Counted from the first letter of the stretch, positions 1-9,053 are shown. The stretch: DNA of 64,000 nt from Candidatus Moraniibacteriota bacterium (GCA_049303795.1 JBAQNM010000004.1:75690-139689); one strand, 5' to 3'. The notes: generated by a model from the sequence alone, not told the origin. Translations and numbers: made by a program.

Positions 1-2388
1 TTCGCTGTTATATCTTTTTCCTGAACAAACATCACAAGGCAAATAGACATCAGGCATAAACTGCATTTCAATTTTATTATATCCATCCCCTTCACAATTA
101 TCACAACGCCCACCGCGCACGTTGAAGGAAAAACGACTAGCGGTGTAGCCCTTGGCTTTTGCATCGCGTGTTTCGGCGAACAATTCTCGAATAGCCGTGA
201 AAAGTCCCGTGTAAGTGGCTGGATTTGATCTTGGTGTGCGACCAATCGGACTTTGATCAATCATGATAACTTTGTTGAGATAATTTGCTCCCACAATTTC
301 ACTGTGACGCCCAGGACGATCCAATGAGCGCATAATTTTCGAAGACAAAGCTTTGAAAAGAATATCTTCAACCAAAGTTGATTTTCCTGATCCGGAAACT
401 CCCGTCACGCAAGTGAAAACTTTCAAAGGAAATTGCACAGTAATGTTTTTCAAATTATGTTCACGCGCTCCACGCACTACCAAAGTTTTTTTATTTTTCA
501 ACACTCGCCGAAAGCTTGGGATTTCAATTTTCAGATCTCCACGTAAATATCCAGCCGTAAGTGAATTTTTATTTTTCATCACCTCTTCAGGCGAACCCTT
601 GGCAATAATTTCTCCGCCGTGCTTACCTGCTCCCGGACCGATGTCAACCAAATAATCCGCCGCGCGCATTGTTTCTTCATCATGTTCCACCACAATTAAA
701 GTATTGCCAATATCTCGCAATTGCAAAAGTGTAGAGAGTAATTTAGCGTTATCTCGGGCATGCAGACCAATTGATGGTTCATCAAGAATATAGAGAACGC
801 CAACCAACTGCGAACCGATTTGCGAAGCCAAACGAATACGTTGTGATTCTCCGCCAGCCAAAGTGTTGGCTGTGCGACTTAATGCTAAATAACCAAGACC
901 AACATCTTCCAAAAATCCCAAACGATTTTGAATTTCCTTTAAAATTCTGCCGGCAATCAATTCTTCTCTTTTGGTTAAATCTAATTTTTGAAAAAAATCA
1001 CGAGTTTCTTTTACGCTAATTTTTGAAATTTCATAAATATTTTTATTTCCAACAGTCACTAGTAAGGCTTCTTTTTTATAGCGCGAACCAAGACAAACTG
1101 AACAAGGATTTTGCGACATATATTTTTCGATATCCGTCCTGACGCTTTCCGAATCAGTCTTGCGATAGCGATCAGTCAAATAGCCACAGACGCCACGCCA
1201 TTTCATATTATATTTCCAACTCGATCCAGTCTTACTGCGCAAGGTCACTGGAATTTCATCTGCATCTTCTTCATTAATCATATCCTGCGCATCAGTTGCC
1301 CCGAACATTAGGACATTGAAATCATCTTCGTCTAAATCACGAATACGTACGTTGTCACTGATATGATAAAAATTCGTGACAGCGCGTAAAATTGTGCCCT
1401 GCCAATTATTTTTTTTATAACTCCACGGCATAATTCCTCCCTCGGCAATCGTCTTATTTTTATCCGGCACAATTAAATCCGGATCAATTTCTTTTTTCAT
1501 TCCCAAACCTTCGCAAGCCTCGCAGGCGCCAAAAGGACTATTGAAAGAAAACAGACGTGGCTCCAGTTCTGGAAAATCAACCTCATGAATCGGACAAGAA
1601 AAATTTTGATTAAAAATCATTTCTTCTTTGTTTTTTAATTTAATTTTTAAAATCCCGCCGGAAAGTCTCAACGCCTTTTCCACCGATTCAAATAATCGAG
1701 AAATATTTTGGTCATTGATTTCCACCCGATCAACAAGAATATCAATACTATGCTTTTTATATTTTTCCAGTTTCACTTTTTCGCCAATCTTATTATCCAA
1801 CTCATACTTTTTTCCATTCACATAGGCAACGGAAAAACCACGCTTAAACATTTCCGAAAGCATCGTGGAATATTCGCCTTTACGCTCTCTGACCACCGGA
1901 GAAAAAATTTCAATCGCACATTTTTCTTGCTTCATTTTTTGTTTTTCTTTTCCCACGCAAACATTCAAAATACGATCCACAATCTCATCAGTCGAAAGTT
2001 TCACAATTTCCCGCTGGCAAATCGGACAATGTGCCACTCCGATTTTAGCATAAAGTAAACGCAGATAGTCATGAATCTCGGTTACCGTTCCCACTGTTGA
2101 ACGCGGATTATGCGAAGTTGATTTTTGATCAATAGAAATGGCCGGACTCAAACCTTCAATCGAATCAACGTCCGGCTTTCCCATTTGACCCAAGAATTGA
2201 CGCGCATAGCTGGAAAGACTTTCCAAATAACGTCTTTGCCCTTCAGCGAAAATCGTATCAAAAGCCAAAGTGGATTTTCCTGAACCGGAAATTCCCGTAA
2301 ACACGATAAACTTTCCTCGCGGTAAGGTGAGGTTAATATTTTTTAAATTGTGTTCACGCGCTCCACGAATAATCAAATCTTCTTGCAT
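1..2388 (-). CDS. uvrA: Excinuclease ABC subunit A (UvrA), N-terminal ~795 aa; 3' end lies beyond window start
   Basis: Reverse-strand ATG at 2388-2386 gives MQEDLIIRGAREHNLKNINLTLPRGKFIVFTGISGSGKSTLAFDTIFAEGQRRY, with a second Walker A (GVSGSGKST) and CxxC zinc-finger pairs. The ORF runs off the window edge, so it is absent from the ORF track; the + strand ORFs at 353-2058 are its antisense shadows. Confidence 0.9.
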   Translation of the reverse strand, partial: MQEDLIIRGAREHNLKNINLTLPRGKFIVFTGISGSGKSTLAFDTIFAEGQRRYLESLSSYARQFLGQMGKPDVDSIEGLSPAISIDQKSTSHNPRSTVGTVTEIHDYLRLLYAKIGVAHCPICQREIVKLSTDEIVDRILNVCVGKEKQKMKQEKCAIEIFSPVVRERKGEYSTMLSEMFKRGFSVAYVNGKKYELDNKIGEKVKLEKYKKHSIDILVDRVEINDQNISRLFESVEKALRLSGGILKIKLKNKEEMIFNQNFSCPIHEVDFPELEPRLFSFNSPFGACEACEGLGMKKEIDPDLIVPDKNKTIAEGGIMPWSYKKNNWQGTILRAVTNFYHISDNVRIRDLDEDDFNVLMFGATDAQDMINEEDADEIPVTLRSKTGSSWKYNMKWRGVCGYLTDRYRKTDSESVRTDIEKYMSQNPCSVCLGSRYKKEALLVTVGNKNIYEISKISVKETRDFFQKLDLTKREELIAGRILKEIQNRLGFLEDVGLGYLALSRTANTLAGGESQRIRLASQIGSQLVGVLYILDEPSIGLHARDNAKLLSTLLQLRDIGNTLIVVEHDEETMRAADYLVDIGPGAGKHGGEIIAKGSPEEVMKNKNSLTAGYLRGDLKIEIPSFRRVLKNKKTLVVRGAREHNLKNITVQFPLKVFTCVTGVSGSGKSTLVEDILFKALSSKIMRSLDRPGRHSEIVGANYLNKVIMIDQSPIGRTPRSNPATYTGLFTAIRELFAETRDAKAKGYTASRFSFNVRGGRCDNCEGDGYNKIEMQFMPDVYLPCDVCSGKRYNSE

Positions 2389-2444
2389 ATTTTAAATCTT
2401 TTAAACATCATTCAGTTTAGACTTTTTTTAACATTTAGGCAAGG

Positions 2445-2486
2445 GTAAAAAAACAAGGCCAGTCGCGAGATTCTCACAACTGGCTT
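2445..2486 (-). terminator. Rho-independent terminator (minus strand) after the 2530-2724 / 2883-4007 genes
   Basis: Stem gccagt (2457-2462) pairs with actggc (2478-2483) around a 15 nt loop. A-tract 2445-2452 is a U-tract on the minus transcript. Confidence 0.45.
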
Positions 2487-2529
2487 TTCGACAGGCTAGT
2501 ATTTTTGAACGTGAATGTTGTTGATTTTT

Positions 2530-2724
2530 TTATTGAAAAACAACCAGATCGCCCACTTTAAGGGGAACTCTATCCAAATCCCCCTGATTCAGAAGATACT
2601 TGTATGTATTGTTAACTTCTACCGTTGTAAGATTGCTTATTACTTTTTCTTTATACGCCTGTTTAACTTTTTCAAAAAGTTCGCCCAAACTTTTTGAACT
2701 TATTACTGCCGGAATCGTCAACAT
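2530..2724 (-). CDS. Hypothetical small protein (64 aa)
   Basis: ORF with AAGAAGGGGGG Shine-Dalgarno-like sequence just upstream (revcomp of 2725-2740). It sits between two terminator hairpins. No recognisable motif. Confidence 0.4.
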   Translation of the reverse strand: MLTIPAVISSKSLGELFEKVKQAYKEKVISNLTTVEVNNTYKYLLNQGDLDRVPLKVGDLVVFQ

Positions 2725-2816
2725 ATAGCCCCCCTTCTTTTTTATAAATTGTTCAAAAAATAACCAGCCTTAATAGATAATATTATTAAAAAATCCTTTC
2801 TGTCAAATATTTTACC

Positions 2817-2855
2817 TAAAAAAAGAAAGTCTGGAAAAAGTCCAGACCTTCTTAA
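2817..2855 (-). terminator. Rho-independent terminator after thioredoxin-fold gene
   Basis: Stem agtctgg (2828-2834) pairs with ccagac (2842-2847) around loop aaaag. A-tract 2817-2828 is a U-tract on the minus transcript. Confidence 0.5.
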
Positions 2856-2882
2856 ATATAAGTATATCCTATCTTTCCAAAA

Positions 2883-4007
2883 TTAATTTCCGCAAGCAGC
2901 ATCAGCGGATGCGCCATTGACTGCAGTACCTTCTCCAAATCCTGGAGCAGGAGCAGTCGCAGAAAGACTTGTGCTACATTCTTTTGGTTCAGTTTTGAAT
3001 GCAGAGCAGATAGTTTTCAAAAGACTAGCAGAATCTCTTCCAGCCCCTTTGACCTCAACTCCATTAACAATCAAGGTTGGAGAGCCTTGAACACCATATT
3101 TAACATTATCCTCTTTATTCACATCAAAAGTTGGAAATTGTCCACCACTCCAAGTGCTTTTATCAGCATACTTCTCTGAAACCTTAAACTGTTTATCAGT
3201 TGCGCTAACACAACTAGTCAATTTTACAGCGTTCACGCCAGCTGATTTAACGCAAGCCTCTGCCTGCTTACTATCTTTCAAGAAACACTTCAAATAAGCG
3301 CTAAGTTTGGCTGGTTCATTTTTTCCAATGCAATATTGTTTTAGGTTTTCATCCAATTCTACTTTCTCATGCATTGCATAGCTGACAAATTTCATTGAAT
3401 AATTCATTTTTGCTCCTAGAGTTTCAACTACAGGAATAATCCCTTTTTGAATTTGAGTTCCATAAGGACAATAACTCATTATGAATAACTCAACTACTGG
3501 CTTATCTGTCTTGGGAATTTCTGCTTGTGGCTCAGAATTAGCAGCTACATCGCCTTCAGAATTTTTTGCTTTCTCTTCAATCACTTGAGCAATATCCATA
3601 ACACCACCTTTTCCATCTGGAATAAACTTTTTACCATCTAGCGATAAATACGAAGTATATTCTTGTTGTTTGTCACCTTCTCCAATTTTTAACATCACTT
3701 TAAACATACCATTCTCTTTTGTAACATCTGATATTTCCGCTTTTGTCCCTGGTTGCATTAAGTTATTGTTAATAAAATCCTCTACTTTTGCTTTTGCAGC
3801 AGTTGTAGTCAAATGTGTTTTACTCCAAACCATTTTATAATAGCCAAACCCTGCAACCAAAATAACCAACACAATCGCTGCTATTATTTTTGGCAGATGT
3901 TCTTTATATTTCTCACAGCAGCATTTTTTTTCATCATGCGCGCACACTTCTTTCTGCTCCGAAGTTTTAACTTCAACTTCCGGCATTTCTTTTTTTTCTG
4001 TTTCCAT
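2883..4007 (-). CDS. Membrane-anchored thioredoxin-fold (DsbA-like) protein with atypical CPYG active-site motif and N-terminal CCC cluster
   Basis: Single TM helix (IIAAIVLVILVAGFGYY). Motif FIMSYCPYGTQ matches the thioredoxin active-site position, and the cis-Pro region GSPTLIVNGVEVKG is typical of the DsbA/thioredoxin fold. N-terminal CAHDEKKCCCEKYKEH cluster. Confidence 0.55.
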   Translation of the reverse strand: METEKKEMPEVEVKTSEQKEVCAHDEKKCCCEKYKEHLPKIIAAIVLVILVAGFGYYKMVWSKTHLTTTAAKAKVEDFINNNLMQPGTKAEISDVTKENGMFKVMLKIGEGDKQQEYTSYLSLDGKKFIPDGKGGVMDIAQVIEEKAKNSEGDVAANSEPQAEIPKTDKPVVELFIMSYCPYGTQIQKGIIPVVETLGAKMNYSMKFVSYAMHEKVELDENLKQYCIGKNEPAKLSAYLKCFLKDSKQAEACVKSAGVNAVKLTSCVSATDKQFKVSEKYADKSTWSGGQFPTFDVNKEDNVKYGVQGSPTLIVNGVEVKGAGRDSASLLKTICSAFKTEPKECSTSLSATAPAPGFGEGTAVNGASADAACGN

Positions 4008-4124
4008 AATTATTTATTACTTATTAAACTTAATTATTTAACTAATACTTTTAGCATTATAACCAATTTGCAAATTTGGCGCAAGTAATGGCCTTGTTAA
4101 ATAATCAATTTAGAAATTTTAGTA

Positions 4125-6371
4125 TTACCTCTCAATCCATTTACCAGAATTACATTCACAGTTCACACTTGAACAAGTCATTCCTGGACAACTACCAGCG
4201 CCTGGCTTAACTCCACAGTCTCCAGCATTACATGTTAGTGGTAAACAGACTCCAACCATCGTACCTACCGCTGGACGTGTCGCTCCGCAATTACTAGTTT
4301 GAGTAAAGGCTGTGCCCGTACAAATTGTGTTATTAGCAGGAGTCCAAGTTCTATCATTACATACATAATATTGACATTTTCTTCCGTCAGTACAACTAGA
4401 GGAATCCTCTCCAACATTTCTCCAGGATAGACTAGCTGTAGGCACATTTACATTATCATCCGTACACATAGTGCCAGCTGGAGGATTTGGCGTTCTGCAA
4501 TAACCAACTCCGGAAGGAAAATAGTATTGACATTTTCTAGCACTTGTACAATTAGAAGCCCTGCTAACCTGTATCCAATCTACGTTCGACGTTAAGCCTG
4601 CATCGTCACCTGAGCACATTACTGCTCCAGGCGGAAACAATCCAGTACAAGAATACAGCGGAGTTGGAGTAGGGGTTATGGTTGGAGTTGGCGTTGGTGT
4701 TATCGTTGGAGTCGGAGTTGGTGTAGAACAAACCTTTGTTCCAGCGCTATAAGTTCCACAATTATTAAGACAGCTGCTACCAATACAAGTATTAGCGGCA
4801 CAAACGCCATCAACAACACAAGTGCAACTACCACCACAACTAGTGCAACTAATGCCATTCCAAGTATATCCTTCGCTACAAACACGATTAGTTCCGGTAC
4901 AGGTGCCTGTTACAGTTGGATCAGCACTATTCCAAACTGAGAAATTACATGTTCTTGTTTTTGTTGAACCGGAAGTATTAAAAAATTGATGTTCAGCATC
5001 AAAAGTTCCAGTAAAAGCCCCTCCTGGATAGTTTTGAGTGTATCCAGCACTATAATTACAAACATAGCCACTACATGAAAATTCTCTACAAACAGCACTC
5101 CACATATTAGAATTTGCACCTGAAACAGCAGAATGTACTGTTTCGCCTGAATTAACTGTGTTACTATAGCCCACACAAGAAACACTAGCAGGAGGAGTAG
5201 CAGGACCAGCCCCTGAATTGACAGTCTGAGTCCCAGTGCATGTTCCAGTCACGCTTGGATTAGCACTATCCCAAACGGTATAAGTACAAGTTCTTGTTTT
5301 TGCAGAACCAGAAGTGTTATAGAATTGACTTTCCGAACCAAATGAGCCTGAAAAAGATCCTCCGGAATAATTCTGAACATACCCGGCACTATAATTACAA
5401 ACATAACTTCCACATGAAAACTCTCTGCAAACAGCGCTCCACATATTAGCATTTGCACCTGAAACAGCTGAATATACAGTGCCACCAGAGTTAACTGTAT
5501 GAGAATAACCTACACAAGAAACACCAGCTGGAGGAGTAGGTGTAACGGGACCAACTCCTGAATTGACAGTCTGCGTTCCAGTACATGTTCCAGTCAAACC
5601 AGGATTAGCGCTATCCCAAACGGTATAAGTACAAGTTCTTGTTTTTGCAGAACCAGAAGTATTATAAAATTGACTTTCTGAACCGAATGTTCCTGAAAAA
5701 GATCCTCCGGAATAATTTTGAACATACCCGGCACTATAATTACAAACATAACTTCCACATGAAAACTCTCTGCAAACAGCGCTCCACATATTAGCATTTG
5801 CACCTGAAACAGCTGAATATACAGTGCCACCAGAGCTAACTGTATGAGAATAGCCCACACAAGAAGGAATGTTGACACATACCCCACTCTGACATTGCTT
5901 ATTTGTTCCACAAGATGTTCCATTTGCAGCATTAGCCGTATATGCACAAGTATTTGATGAGCAAGTTGCGACCTTACAAACTGGAGGAGTTGCGGTGCAA
6001 TTTGAGGCCGTACAGCATCCTGTTCCAGATGCTCCTAGGAAAGTTGGTGGAGTTGCCGTAGTGGCACTTCCAAAAATTGCAGTACCATATGTTGGTGCCT
6101 GGTTGCTACGCCAACAACCGGCATCTATCCAACAAGATACGGGACTTGAAGCAGAACAAGGAATGGTTAACGACCCTCCTGTATAATATCCGGCACCAGT
6201 AGACCTGTTTGTTACTGAACAATATTTGCAACCACCGCCTGAATCACTACATGTAGTACCAGCAGAACAAGTATCTGAAGCATTAGCCATTGGGATGCCT
6301 GAGATTATTCCTGATAAAAAAAGAGCTAGGGAAAAGATAATAGAAAAGATAATTTTTTTATTCATACTCAT
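4125..6371 (-). CDS. Secreted cysteine-rich repeat protein (748 aa), cassette 1 large protein; C-terminus ...CNSGKWIER
   Basis: Sec-type signal peptide MSMNKKIIFSIIFSLALFLSGIISGIPMANA. Composition is about 10% Cys and very rich in S/T/G. Three ~115 aa tandem repeats (SCVGYSHTV...TRTCTYTVWDSANP...TGTCTGTQTVNSG). PT-rich linker TPTPTPTITPTPTPT. The internal minus ORFs at 4265-5947 are out-of-frame shadows. Confidence 0.8.
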   Translation of the reverse strand: MSMNKKIIFSIIFSLALFLSGIISGIPMANASDTCSAGTTCSDSGGGCKYCSVTNRSTGAGYYTGGSLTIPCSASSPVSCWIDAGCWRSNQAPTYGTAIFGSATTATPPTFLGASGTGCCTASNCTATPPVCKVATCSSNTCAYTANAANGTSCGTNKQCQSGVCVNIPSCVGYSHTVSSGGTVYSAVSGANANMWSAVCREFSCGSYVCNYSAGYVQNYSGGSFSGTFGSESQFYNTSGSAKTRTCTYTVWDSANPGLTGTCTGTQTVNSGVGPVTPTPPAGVSCVGYSHTVNSGGTVYSAVSGANANMWSAVCREFSCGSYVCNYSAGYVQNYSGGSFSGSFGSESQFYNTSGSAKTRTCTYTVWDSANPSVTGTCTGTQTVNSGAGPATPPASVSCVGYSNTVNSGETVHSAVSGANSNMWSAVCREFSCSGYVCNYSAGYTQNYPGGAFTGTFDAEHQFFNTSGSTKTRTCNFSVWNSADPTVTGTCTGTNRVCSEGYTWNGISCTSCGGSCTCVVDGVCAANTCIGSSCLNNCGTYSAGTKVCSTPTPTPTITPTPTPTITPTPTPLYSCTGLFPPGAVMCSGDDAGLTSNVDWIQVSRASNCTSARKCQYYFPSGVGYCRTPNPPAGTMCTDDNVNVPTASLSWRNVGEDSSSCTDGRKCQYYVCNDRTWTPANNTICTGTAFTQTSNCGATRPAVGTMVGVCLPLTCNAGDCGVKPGAGSCPGMTCSSVNCECNSGKWIER
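4857..5864. repeat. Intragenic tandem repeat, ~345 bp x 3, copies 2 and 3 near-identical at DNA level
   Basis: Repeated nucleotide blocks, e.g. ccagcactataattacaaacata...ctctgcaaacagcgctccacatattagcatttgcacctgaaacagc at ~5380-5480 and ~5725-5830. They encode the three SCVGYS...TVNSG protein repeats. Confidence 0.75.
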
Positions 6372-6372
6372 A

Positions 6373-6816
6373 TTATTTTTTATTAGCTTCGTTAATATTT
6401 ATATTTACTATCTCTTTATTTTCTTCATAATATTCAATAATTATTTCCTGACCCATTTTTAAGTCGGAAAGCTCAGCTTTTTCTCTGTTTTCACGAAGCC
6501 CTCTAGTCACAGGCGTCACTGGATCAATAAGTTTTATATCAAAAGACTCCACGCTTTTTTCTTTTTCTTCAATGCTCATATCACTTTCACTATTTTGCAA
6601 GCTTATAAAATCTATTGTGTTTTCATTCATTTTTACCAAATAGCCTGTTTTGGATCCAATAATCTTTGCCTCTTCGGAAGCTTCTTGAGTTGAACCAGTA
6701 TTTGATTTTCCTGTTTTTATTTTATTTTTATTCAAAAATGAAAAAAGAAAAAATACCATCACAAGGATAGCAATAATCCCAATTAAAAAACCCGCTACTT
6801 TTTTGTTTTTATCCAT
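6373..6816 (-). CDS. Small membrane-anchored protein (147 aa), cassette 1 partner
   Basis: N-terminal Lys-rich stretch plus one TM helix (VAGFLIGIIAILVMVFFLFSFL). C-terminal domain carries PVTPVTRGL...LSDLKMGQEIIIEY, a motif shared with the 15586-16032 protein. The stop abuts the start of the 4125-6371 gene. Confidence 0.7.
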   Translation of the reverse strand: MDKNKKVAGFLIGIIAILVMVFFLFSFLNKNKIKTGKSNTGSTQEASEEAKIIGSKTGYLVKMNENTIDFISLQNSESDMSIEEKEKSVESFDIKLIDPVTPVTRGLRENREKAELSDLKMGQEIIIEYYEENKEIVNININEANKK

Positions 6817-6893
6817 ACTTTTTTGTTTTTAAAATTTATGATATACATTAAAAAAATTAAACAAACCTTTTGTTTTTTATTTTTCTTGTGTTT

Positions 6894-6902
6894 ATTATAC
6901 CA
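6894..6902 (-). promoter_or_regulatory. Candidate extended -10 element (TGGTATAAT on minus strand) upstream of cassette 1
   Basis: Revcomp of 6894-6902 is TGGTATAAT, about 80 nt upstream of the ATG at 6816. Confidence 0.3.
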
Positions 6903-6966
6903 TATTTTTACACAAAACTAAAAGACTCATAGCACTGACCTGTGGATAACCTCCATTAATACCTTC

Positions 6967-8931
6967 TCACTTCATCTGCATTTTACGCAAAGAAGAAATT
7001 TCATCACGAATAATTGCCGCTTTTTCAAATTCTAATCCTCTAGCGGCGTCTTTCATTTCTTTTTCTCTTTGTTTAATATATCCGGCAATATCCTCTAGAG
7101 TTTCTATTTGAGAAAAATCTTGTGTGATGCGTGGATTAATTTCATGATCCACAATCGATTCAATTTTTTTCTTGATTGTTTTGGGCGTGATCTTATGTTT
7201 TTTATTATATGCCATTTGCAGAGTTCTGCGACGATTTGTTTCGGAAATAGCACGTTCCATTGATCCAGTCATTTGATCAGCATAAAGAATCACTCGCCCA
7301 CTCACATTACGCGCAGCGCGACCAATAGTTTGAATGAGTGAAGTTTCACTGCGAAGAAAGCCTTCCTTATCAGCGTCAAGAATTAAAACTAACGCGACTT
7401 CCGGAAGATCTAATCCTTCACGCAAAAGATTAACTCCAACCAAAACGTCAAATTCTCCGCGCCTTAATTTTTCCAAAATACGCACACGATCCAAGGTGTC
7501 CACTCCACTATGCAAATATTCAGCCTTCACTCCGCTTTCTTTTAGAAAATCAGATAAATCTTCTGCCATTTTCTTGGTTAGTGTTGTTACAAGCACACGA
7601 TTTTTTTTCTGAATCGTTTTCTCTATTTCCTTGGCAGCATCCTTGACTTGACCCTTGGCCGGCTTAATTATTAACTCCGGATCAATTAATCCTGTTGGTC
7701 GAATAACCTGTTCGGCCATATCTTCTTTTTTATTCTTCAATGCTTCATATTTTCCTGGCGTAGCAGAAACAAAAATAGCTTGCTTGATTTTTTTCTCAAA
7801 CTCCAAAAATTTAAGCGGACGATTATCAAAGGCACTAGGCAGACGAAAACCATTATTGATTAAATTTTCCTTACGAGATCGATCGCCATTATACATTCCA
7901 TTAAGCTGAGAAATTGTCACGTGCGATTCGTCAATCACAGTTAAAAAATCTTTAGGAAAATAATCAATCAAAGTATATGGTGCTTCGCCAGTTTTTCGTC
8001 CAGTTAAATATAGTGAATAATTCTCGATTCCATTGCAATAACCAATTTCGCGCATCATTTCAAGATCTTGTCTTGTTCTGCGCCAAATTCTTTCTGCTTC
8101 CAGAATTTTCCCTGCCTCTCGAAAAAATTTCACTTGCTGCTCCAATTCTTTTTCAATTTCTAATAGCGCTTCTCCCATGATTGCTTCCGGCACAACAAAA
8201 TGTTTCGCCGGATAGATAAGGGTTCTTTCTAAATTTGCCAGTTTTTCTCCAGTTATAAAATCATATTCAAAAATCTTCACAATTTTTCCATTTGCTATTT
8301 CTATCCGCGTAACTATCTCTCGTGCCGGTGGCATAATTTCCAGAGTCTCGCCAGTCAGACGAAATTTTCCGCGTGCCAAAATATCACTGCGCGAATATTG
8401 CATATCTACCAGTTTTCTGGCAATTTCATCACGATTAATTTGTTTTTTCAGTTCCAGTTCAAGCATTGTATCACGATAATAATCCGGCGAACCTAAACCA
8501 TAGATGCAAGAAACAGAAGCACAAATAATCACATCCTGTCGACTCATCAATCCCGCTGTTGCGGCATGACGCAAACGATCAATCTCATCATTGATCTGTG
8601 ATTCTTTTTCAATATAGGTATCCGTTGAGGCAATATAGGCTTCGGGTTGATAATAATCATAATAACTAACAAAATATTCCACCGCACTCTTGGGGAAAAA
8701 AGTACGAAACTCTTGCGCCAATTGTGCGGCTAGAGTTTTATTTGGCGCAATCACTAAAGTTGGTTTTTGCGTCTTTTCAATCACGTTTGCAATTGTGAAA
8801 GTTTTTCCCGATCCGGTCACACCTAAAAGCGTCTGGTATTTTTTTCCAGCTTTTAGCCCTCGCGTCAACTTCTTAACTGCTTGAGGCTGATCTCCAGCTA
8901 ATTTATATTTTGTATTTAATTTAAACTTCAT
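6967..8931 (-). CDS. uvrB: Excinuclease ABC subunit B (UvrB)
   Basis: MKFKLNTKYKLAGDQPQAVKKL...GVTGSGKTFTIANVIEK plus helicase motifs. Likely start is the ATG at 8931; the ORF-track extension to 8997 lacks homology. Confidence 0.9.
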   Translation of the reverse strand: MKFKLNTKYKLAGDQPQAVKKLTRGLKAGKKYQTLLGVTGSGKTFTIANVIEKTQKPTLVIAPNKTLAAQLAQEFRTFFPKSAVEYFVSYYDYYQPEAYIASTDTYIEKESQINDEIDRLRHAATAGLMSRQDVIICASVSCIYGLGSPDYYRDTMLELELKKQINRDEIARKLVDMQYSRSDILARGKFRLTGETLEIMPPAREIVTRIEIANGKIVKIFEYDFITGEKLANLERTLIYPAKHFVVPEAIMGEALLEIEKELEQQVKFFREAGKILEAERIWRRTRQDLEMMREIGYCNGIENYSLYLTGRKTGEAPYTLIDYFPKDFLTVIDESHVTISQLNGMYNGDRSRKENLINNGFRLPSAFDNRPLKFLEFEKKIKQAIFVSATPGKYEALKNKKEDMAEQVIRPTGLIDPELIIKPAKGQVKDAAKEIEKTIQKKNRVLVTTLTKKMAEDLSDFLKESGVKAEYLHSGVDTLDRVRILEKLRRGEFDVLVGVNLLREGLDLPEVALVLILDADKEGFLRSETSLIQTIGRAARNVSGRVILYADQMTGSMERAISETNRRRTLQMAYNKKHKITPKTIKKKIESIVDHEINPRITQDFSQIETLEDIAGYIKQREKEMKDAARGLEFEKAAIIRDEISSLRKMQMK

Positions 8932-8949
8932 AAGACCTTCGCTTGTGGC

Positions 8950-8996
8950 TGACCCGCCTCGACTCGCGGAGACGCTCGTCGACGCGAGGCGGGTCA
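8950..8996. other. GC-rich perfect inverted repeat (12 bp stem) in uvrB/manC intergenic region
   Basis: tgacccgcctcg (8950-8961) ... cgaggcgggtca (8985-8996) with a partly palindromic loop (cgtcgacg). Stands out in an AT-rich genome. No U-tract follows on the minus strand. Confidence 0.5.
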
Positions 8997-9053
8997 CCTT
9001 CCGGTTTAAATTTTGAATTGATTTTGAAATTATTTTCAGACATTACATAAAAT

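Noticed and set aside
353-2058. Several + strand ORFs (100, 82, 66, 116 aa) in the first 2.4 kb
   Set aside because: Shadows of the minus-strand uvrA gene, which was missed by the ORF track because it runs off the window edge.
4265-5947. Minus-strand ORFs of 60-117 aa (MALYIQLFQVQMLICG..., MHIRLMLQMEHL...) inside the 748 aa gene
   Set aside because: Out-of-frame overlaps with the long Cys-rich ORF. They are repeated only because the underlying DNA is repeated.
8950-8996. GC-rich intergenic element considered as a tRNA or intrinsic terminator
   Set aside because: A perfect hairpin without a cloverleaf or a T-loop GTTCRA motif, and no U-tract on the relevant strand. It is kept as an unexplained palindrome instead.
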